A stretch of 64,000 nt of DNA, taken from assembly GCA_015062585.1 (NCBI GenBank), contig SUUJ01000004.1, positions 94,512-158,511 on the forward strand, read 5' to 3'. Numbering within the stretch: position 1 is the first letter of the stretch; every line of letters starts with the position of its first letter. The DNA is from Alphaproteobacteria bacterium. Its GTDB lineage: Bacteria > Pseudomonadota > Alphaproteobacteria > RF32 > CAG-239. Shown here in pieces: positions 58,587 through 64,000 of the stretch. The translations under genes and the position numbers were made by a program. The notes under the pieces are model-generated. The model worked only from the letters and a program-made list of their open reading frames with translations. It had not been told where the DNA came from and did not search any database.

Positions 58587-60155
58587 TTAAACTCTAATAT
58601 TCAATCCCAATGCGGGATCATAAATCGAGTTGTCGTTACCGGCGATATTTTCAGCTTCTTGCTCTAAAGTATCGCCAATGAATTTCAATAATTCGGCATT
58701 GTCTTTTTCTTGACCGTTAGCCTGATTCTCTTGTCTGAAACTAAAGCTTTTGGCGTCGGTATCATATCCGGCATCATTGAAAGCCTTTGACAAAGATGAA
58801 GCATCTTTTTGCAGCAAATCAGCTGTTTCGGCACGGCTTGCTATTATTTCGGCTTGAATTTTTCCGTCTTTGGCAATGTGCATTTTTATTTGAACTTTAC
58901 CCAAATCTTCAGGTTTTAATTGAATATCAATAGTATCAATACCTTTTACGGCAGACTTAGTAATATTCACTTTGATTTGCTCAACAACCTCTTTCGCCAT
59001 ACCTTTGAAATTGTCGCGAGAAGATGCTTCGGTAATTTTAGCAAAAGCTTCATTTCTTGAAACATTGGCAACTTCAGCAACAACTTCTTTACCGGAAACA
59101 GATACAACCGTTGCATCTTTCAAAGATGCTGTTTTGGCAGAATCTTGAACAACTTTAACTTCATTATAAGCTGCATTGGTTTTAATTTCAGGTAATGTTG
59201 CAACATCAGAATCCGTAACAGGTGTTTCTTCAGCAACAATCTCAACATCTGTTACCAAAGCTTCAGCGTTTGTGTCGACATCAACAGATTGAAACATTGA
59301 ATCTATCTCAAAACGATTTTTCAAAACATCTTTTACGATAGGATCGGCAATTTTTTCCTCTGACACATTAACTTCTATTTTTAATTTTTTATCAGTGGTA
59401 TTTTTTTCATCCAATAACTTTGCCTGCTCCATGAGTAAAGCTTCTTCTTTACTCATGGGAACAAGCTCTTCTGATACAGCTTTTGAAGTGGTAGCAACCT
59501 CTTGTTTTTGAACTTCTTGCAAAACGATTTCTTCGACATTGTTTTCTACAACATTTTGCATTGTTACCAATTCATCAAAAACCGGTACTTCTTCTGTAGT
59601 AATAGGATTATTTCCTTGCAAAAATGCTTGCAATACGACTTCGTCAACACCTTGTGCAATAATATCTGCGGGGACAGTTTCTTGCGACAAGGATAAAGTC
59701 TCCTCACCTTCTTGAGTTTCCGATGTCTGTGACACTTCACTTTCTGTGTTTTGCTGTTCTTTTGCATCAACTTCATTTACTTTTTCAGTTGATTGATTTG
59801 CACAAACACTTTTTTCTTCATCAGCATCTTTGCTTACTTCTTCTTTTTCTTTAGATTGCGCTGTTTCAGTATTTTTTGCTTCTGCTTTTTTCGGGGAATC
59901 TTTCTTATTATTATCAACGCCTCTATCATCGAAAAGCTTTTTCTCAACACTACCGAGATTATCAGATGTACCGTTTTGCTTTAATACAGGCTTAAAAGTA
60001 ATATCATCAGTGTTTTTTTCGGGGGATGACATTTCTGTTTGAGCTGATTTCAGTACCTCAGCAAATGCGCTACCTTCGACAGACGAAAGTTGAACACCTG
60101 TTTCTCTGGCGCCGGTTAGTATTTGAAGTAAACTGTTTCTATCTTGTATTTCCAT
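58587..60155 (-). CDS. fliK: Hook-length control protein FliK
   Basis: Low-complexity acidic N-terminal region; IQLKPEDLGKVQIKM C-domain; upstream of flgD. Confidence 0.88.
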   Translation of the reverse strand: MEIQDRNSLLQILTGARETGVQLSSVEGSAFAEVLKSAQTEMSSPEKNTDDITFKPVLKQNGTSDNLGSVEKKLFDDRGVDNNKKDSPKKAEAKNTETAQSKEKEEVSKDADEEKSVCANQSTEKVNEVDAKEQQNTESEVSQTSETQEGEETLSLSQETVPADIIAQGVDEVVLQAFLQGNNPITTEEVPVFDELVTMQNVVENNVEEIVLQEVQKQEVATTSKAVSEELVPMSKEEALLMEQAKLLDEKNTTDKKLKIEVNVSEEKIADPIVKDVLKNRFEIDSMFQSVDVDTNAEALVTDVEIVAEETPVTDSDVATLPEIKTNAAYNEVKVVQDSAKTASLKDATVVSVSGKEVVAEVANVSRNEAFAKITEASSRDNFKGMAKEVVEQIKVNITKSAVKGIDTIDIQLKPEDLGKVQIKMHIAKDGKIQAEIIASRAETADLLQKDASSLSKAFNDAGYDTDAKSFSFRQENQANGQEKDNAELLKFIGDTLEQEAENIAGNDNSIYDPALGLNIRV

Positions 60156-60195
60156 CGGAAAAATCCTTAAAAAAAATAAACCTGAAGAAGTATAT

Positions 60196-60210
60196 GCAAA
60201 TTGCGTGCCA
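60196..60210 (-). promoter_or_regulatory. Consensus sigma54 promoter of fliK-flgD-flgE
   Basis: Minus strand TGGCAC-GCAAT-TTGC(A), 40 bp upstream of the fliK ATG; FlbD is encoded nearby. Confidence 0.9.
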
Positions 60211-60414
60211 TTTTTTTAATGTTGTTTTTTTTATCCTTTTTTTTCTAATATTTAAAAAAACTGATTTTTTATCATTTTTGCCTGTTTTTGCTCAAAAAAT
60301 TGCATTTTTTGGTAAAAAAAGTGCATTTTTTATTGTTTTTTGCATATTTTGTGTTATCTTCTTTTTTAAGTGATAAGGACGCACACTTTTTAAATTGGAA
60401 AGAGAGAAAATATT

Positions 60415-60894
60415 ATGGCAAATGCTATTGATACTAAAATTATTGGAAAATTAGCCGATGTGCTTAATAAAAACAATTTGAGCGAGCTGGAATATGAAGA
60501 CGAAACCTGCCGTATAAAAATAAAAGGTCTTGTTTGTGCCACAACCGTTGCTCCGGTGGCAGTATCAAACGCACCTCAAGTTCAAACTCCGAGTAATGTA
60601 GTTATACCGGCAAATGTTTCCAAAGAAGATGCCTATGTAGCAGACGGCTATTCTAATAATGCAGGTACTGTCAAATCTCCGATTGTGGGCGTTGTTTATT
60701 TGTCTCCGGATCCGACAAAACCTGATTATGTCGGCGTAGGCGATACAGTTAAAGAAGGCGATATCGTTTGCTTGATTGAAGCCATGAAAACATTTAATCC
60801 GGTTAAAGCTCATCGTACCGGTACCGTCACCAAAATTTTGGTAGAATCCGGTGACCCTGTGGAATATGGTGAATCTTTGTTGGTAATTGAATAA
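60415..60894 (+). CDS. accB: Biotin carboxyl carrier protein
   Basis: VKSPIVG, IEAMK biotinylation site. Confidence 0.95.
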   Translation: MANAIDTKIIGKLADVLNKNNLSELEYEDETCRIKIKGLVCATTVAPVAVSNAPQVQTPSNVVIPANVSKEDAYVADGYSNNAGTVKSPIVGVVYLSPDPTKPDYVGVGDTVKEGDIVCLIEAMKTFNPVKAHRTGTVTKILVESGDPVEYGESLLVIE

Positions 60895-60905
60895 GGTATT
60901 AACCT

Positions 60906-62237
60906 ATGTTTGAAAAAATACTGATTGCCAATCGTGGTGAAGTAGCATTAAGAATCCATCGTGCTTGTAGGGAAATGGGTATTAAAACCGTTGCCGTACA
61001 TTCGGAAGCTGATGCCAATGCAATGCATGTTCGCCTGGCTGATGAGGCCGTTTGTATCGGACCGGCTCGTTCAGCTGAATCATACCTTAACAAATCAGCC
61101 ATTATTTCGGCAGCCATTATAACCGGTGCCGATGCTATCCACCCGGGATTCGGTTTCTTGTCCGAGAATGCCGATTTTGCCGAAATGGTCGAAGAACACG
61201 GAATTACTTTTATCGGACCAAAACCTGAACAAATACGCCTTATGGGTGACAAATTGCGAGCTCGCGAAGCTGCTATATCTTCCGGTTTGCCGGTAATTCC
61301 GGGATCACCGGCTTTGCAAAATATTGACGAAGCCAGAGAGTGGGCAAAAAAAATCGGTTATCCGATTATAATAAAAGCCAAAGCCGGCGGCGGCGGAAAA
61401 GGAATGAAGGTTGCCTTTAACGAAAGCGATATTGAAACCGCTTATACAATGGCACGAGCCGAGGCAAAGGCATCTTTTACCAGTGACGAAGTATATATGG
61501 AAAAATATTTGCAAAATCCTCGTCATATCGAAGTTCAAATCTTAGCCGATAGCTTTGGAAATGTCGTTCATTTGGGTGAACGCGACTGCTCTATTCAAAG
61601 AAATAATCAAAAAGTTATTGAAGAAACTCCATCTCCGGCTCTAAACCAAAAACAGCGAGATGAAATCGGTGAAATAGCTCGTTCAGCTGTTGAAAAAATA
61701 GGTTATTCAAGTGCCGGTACTTTGGAATTTTTGTTTGAAGACGGAAGATTCTACTTTTTGGAAATGAACACCAGACTTCAAGTAGAACACCCGATAACCG
61801 AAGCCGTAACCGGTATTGATATTGTCAGAGAACAAATAAGAATCGCTAATGGTGCCAAATTGGGATATTCGCAAGAAGATATATCCTTTAACGGTTGCGC
61901 TATTGAGTGCCGAATCAATGCTGAAGACCCGTCTACTTTTGCGCCAAATCCGGGAAAAATTACCGAGTGGCATGCCCCAGGCGGGCTTGGTGTCAGAGTT
62001 GATTCCGAAATTTATTCAGGATATAGCATTCCTCCGTATTATGATAGTATGATTGCAAAACTTATTGTCAGCGGCAAAAACAGAAATGCGGCACTGATGA
62101 GATTGCACAGAACTTTGGAAGAATTTGTTATTGATGGTATAAAAACGACAATTCCGCTACACCAGAGAATTATATCTCAGTCCGATTTTATTAACGGAAT
62201 ATATGATATACATTGGTTAGAAAAATTGTTGAAATAA
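60906..62237 (+). CDS. accC: Biotin carboxylase
   Basis: [54 protein letters not shown]. Confidence 0.98.
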   Translation: MFEKILIANRGEVALRIHRACREMGIKTVAVHSEADANAMHVRLADEAVCIGPARSAESYLNKSAIISAAIITGADAIHPGFGFLSENADFAEMVEEHGITFIGPKPEQIRLMGDKLRAREAAISSGLPVIPGSPALQNIDEAREWAKKIGYPIIIKAKAGGGGKGMKVAFNESDIETAYTMARAEAKASFTSDEVYMEKYLQNPRHIEVQILADSFGNVVHLGERDCSIQRNNQKVIEETPSPALNQKQRDEIGEIARSAVEKIGYSSAGTLEFLFEDGRFYFLEMNTRLQVEHPITEAVTGIDIVREQIRIANGAKLGYSQEDISFNGCAIECRINAEDPSTFAPNPGKITEWHAPGGLGVRVDSEIYSGYSIPPYYDSMIAKLIVSGKNRNAALMRLHRTLEEFVIDGIKTTIPLHQRIISQSDFINGIYDIHWLEKLLK

Positions 62238-62240
62238 ATC

Positions 62241-62279
62241 AAAAAAAACAGGTTGTAAAAAAAAACAACCTGTTTTTTT
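62241..62279. terminator. Bidirectional intrinsic terminator
   Basis: A-run, CAGGTTGT..ACAACCTG, T-run. Confidence 0.8.
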
Positions 62280-62281
62280 AT

Positions 62282-63352
62282 TTAATCTAAATACGATCCT
62301 ATGTTGCGTCCATATGTATTACGAATATAAGAGGTCATTTCTGAGAGCTCTTCTTTATATGTAGCGGCATTTCTTTGTGCGGCCATAATCTCATCTATTT
62401 TAAGTTTACTTTCAATCTCGTTACGCTTTTCCGAAGCACCTGCGACACCTCTTACTGCGGCAATATTATATAATGTATGCGCATACAAAGGATCTTTGGT
62501 ATATTTTTTACCTTCGGCCAAAATATCAGCCAACAACATCATAGATCCAGTATCTCCCTGTTTTACGGCTTTGTGCATATAGTTTACACCACTTGTATAA
62601 TTTTGCGGAAATCCCAAACCGTTCAAATATATTTTTGCCACAATTGACTGTGCCTCATCAAATCCGGCATCGGCAGCATCTTTGATCAATTGCGCGGCTT
62701 TAGTATAGTCTTTTTCTCTATGTTTTCCGTAAAAATAGGCATAGCCAACCATATATTTTGCGGCAGGAGAATTCCCCGGAAGAGCTGATTCAAAATATTT
62801 TAATGCCAGCTCAGGATCTTGTCTGGCTCCGTTTCCGCTGGCATGCATAAAACCTATATTTACAGCAGCATCATGATTTCCCATATCAGCAGATTTTTTG
62901 AACAAATGTCCGGCTTTGGCAGAATCGCGTTTAACACCTATGCCGCCATAGTATAGGCTTCCTAAATTATTGAGCGCAACCGGATCATTTTGCAATGCGG
63001 CTTTGGCATAATATTCAAATGCTTTGGTATAGTCTACCGGTAATCCGTTATCACCATATAAATAAGAAAAGCCCACCAGCATTTGAGCTTTAAGGTCGCC
63101 TCTGTCTGCCAGTTTAATCGTTTCTTGTATAGTTAAATCTTTTACCTCTGATGAACTATCTGAGGAGAATAATTTGTCCGGCACTGAAAAGTTAAAAAAC
63201 GAAAATATTCCGCTTTCATCTTTTGTCGGTTCATTTTTTGTATCTTTTCTGAAATCTGCATCTTCAAATAAAGAAACCACAGACTCTTCGTTGGCTGATG
63301 CCGAATCTAACATCAAAAACATACCAAAAACCATCAGGAAAAATCTTAACAT
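62282..63352 (-). CDS. Secreted Sel1-repeat protein
   Basis: Signal peptide; about six Sel1 repeats (A...LG..Y..G.GV..D...A..Y..A). Confidence 0.9.
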   Translation of the reverse strand: MLRFFLMVFGMFLMLDSASANEESVVSLFEDADFRKDTKNEPTKDESGIFSFFNFSVPDKLFSSDSSSEVKDLTIQETIKLADRGDLKAQMLVGFSYLYGDNGLPVDYTKAFEYYAKAALQNDPVALNNLGSLYYGGIGVKRDSAKAGHLFKKSADMGNHDAAVNIGFMHASGNGARQDPELALKYFESALPGNSPAAKYMVGYAYFYGKHREKDYTKAAQLIKDAADAGFDEAQSIVAKIYLNGLGFPQNYTSGVNYMHKAVKQGDTGSMMLLADILAEGKKYTKDPLYAHTLYNIAAVRGVAGASEKRNEIESKLKIDEIMAAQRNAATYKEELSEMTSYIRNTYGRNIGSYLD

Positions 63353-63431
63353 ATCAGACTCCTAAAATTTTGCTTTTTGTTATTATATTATCAATATAGT
63401 TAATAATTAGTTTTCCTAAAGAATAAATTAT

Positions 63432-63462
63432 AAAAAATGAGGGCGGTAAGTAACCACCCTCA
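63432..63462 (-). terminator. Terminator after the second flagellin
   Basis: TGAGGGCGGT..ACCACCCTCA stem with an A-run. Confidence 0.65.
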
Positions 63463-63490
63463 CTATCAAAAGATATTATGTTTTTGACTA

Positions 63491-64000
63491 TTAGAACAAG
63501 CTCAATACTGATTGTGCAGACTGAGAAGCTAATGCCAAAGAGTTAATAGCCAATTGTTGACGTGTTTGTAATGCCAAGTAGTTAGCTGATTCTTCGTTCA
63601 TGTCTGCCAATACAAGCTTATCTGAACCGGTTTCCAAAACATCAATCATTGCTTCAGTGAAGTTTTGACGTGTTTCAATAATGGTAAAGTTGTTACCAAG
63701 CTCTGTAGCATAAGAACGCAATGTTTCTATAGCTGTTGTAATTTCACCGATTGACTCAGTTGCATCTGCAGCAGCAGCCCAAGCACCTGTAGCGTCGGCT
63801 ATTGCCATTTCATCAACGATATCTTTACCTGTAACAGTCAAGTCATTTGAACGTGTTTCATTGAACACAACCTTTAATTTGTTTCCGATCAACAAGTTTA
63901 CACCTTGGTATGATGAGTCTTCTGCTATATCTGCAATTTGATCTTTAATTGCATCAAATTGAGCTGCATATTCAGCAAGTTTATCTTCATATCCTTCTGC
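63491..64000 (-). CDS. Second flagellin, C-terminal part (5' end lies beyond the window)
   Basis: YQGVNLL, LETGSDKLVLADMNEES, LQTRQQLAINSLALA; frame continues past 63895 to the edge. Confidence 0.93.
   Translation of the reverse strand, partial: AEGYEDKLAEYAAQFDAIKDQIADIAEDSSYQGVNLLIGNKLKVVFNETRSNDLTVTGKDIVDEMAIADATGAWAAAADATESIGEITTAIETLRSYATELGNNFTIIETRQNFTEAMIDVLETGSDKLVLADMNEESANYLALQTRQQLAINSLALASQSAQSVLSLF

Noticed and set aside
60899-61252. 117-aa minus-strand ORF
   Set aside because: Typical antisense shadow of accC

Overview
AT-rich chromosomal window from an alphaproteobacterium. The gene orders (tyrS/anmK divergent, fliF-fliG-fliH-fliN-flbD-flhA, zapA-6S-TIGR00282, efp-suhB, DUF1013/TrcR, lpxC-bamD-recN) resemble Rhodospirillales; an uncultured gut lineage such as RF32 is my inference. 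Most of the window is housekeeping: pgk, gap, eno, tyrS, argS, gltX, a partial dcw cluster, a bat-type VWA operon, peptidoglycan recycling genes, accBC, rnpB and 6S RNA. It also holds two flagellar operons and two flagellin paralogs. No transposase, integrase, tRNA, rRNA or CRISPR array is visible. The strongest candidates for novelty are: (1) a flagellin whose hypervariable region is a right-handed parallel beta-helix (pectin-lyase-like), preceded by a G10 tract inside a short upstream ORF that could act as a slippage switch; (2) a roughly 1070-aa secreted protein with about 68 Cys whose promoter is overlapped by a perfect 9-1-9 palindrome; (3) two families of non-coding palindromic repeats forming composite arrays, each next to a housekeeping gene that looks xenologous (Bacteroidota-like gap, Clostridia-like gltX); (4) a TrcR/DUF1013 regulator fused to a histone-H1-like tandem-repeat tail; (5) several apparent pseudo-enzymes (SuhB, ThiE-like, a cyclase-like domain, and FlhG with an altered Walker A). 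All family assignments come from motif recognition by eye; no database searches were run.
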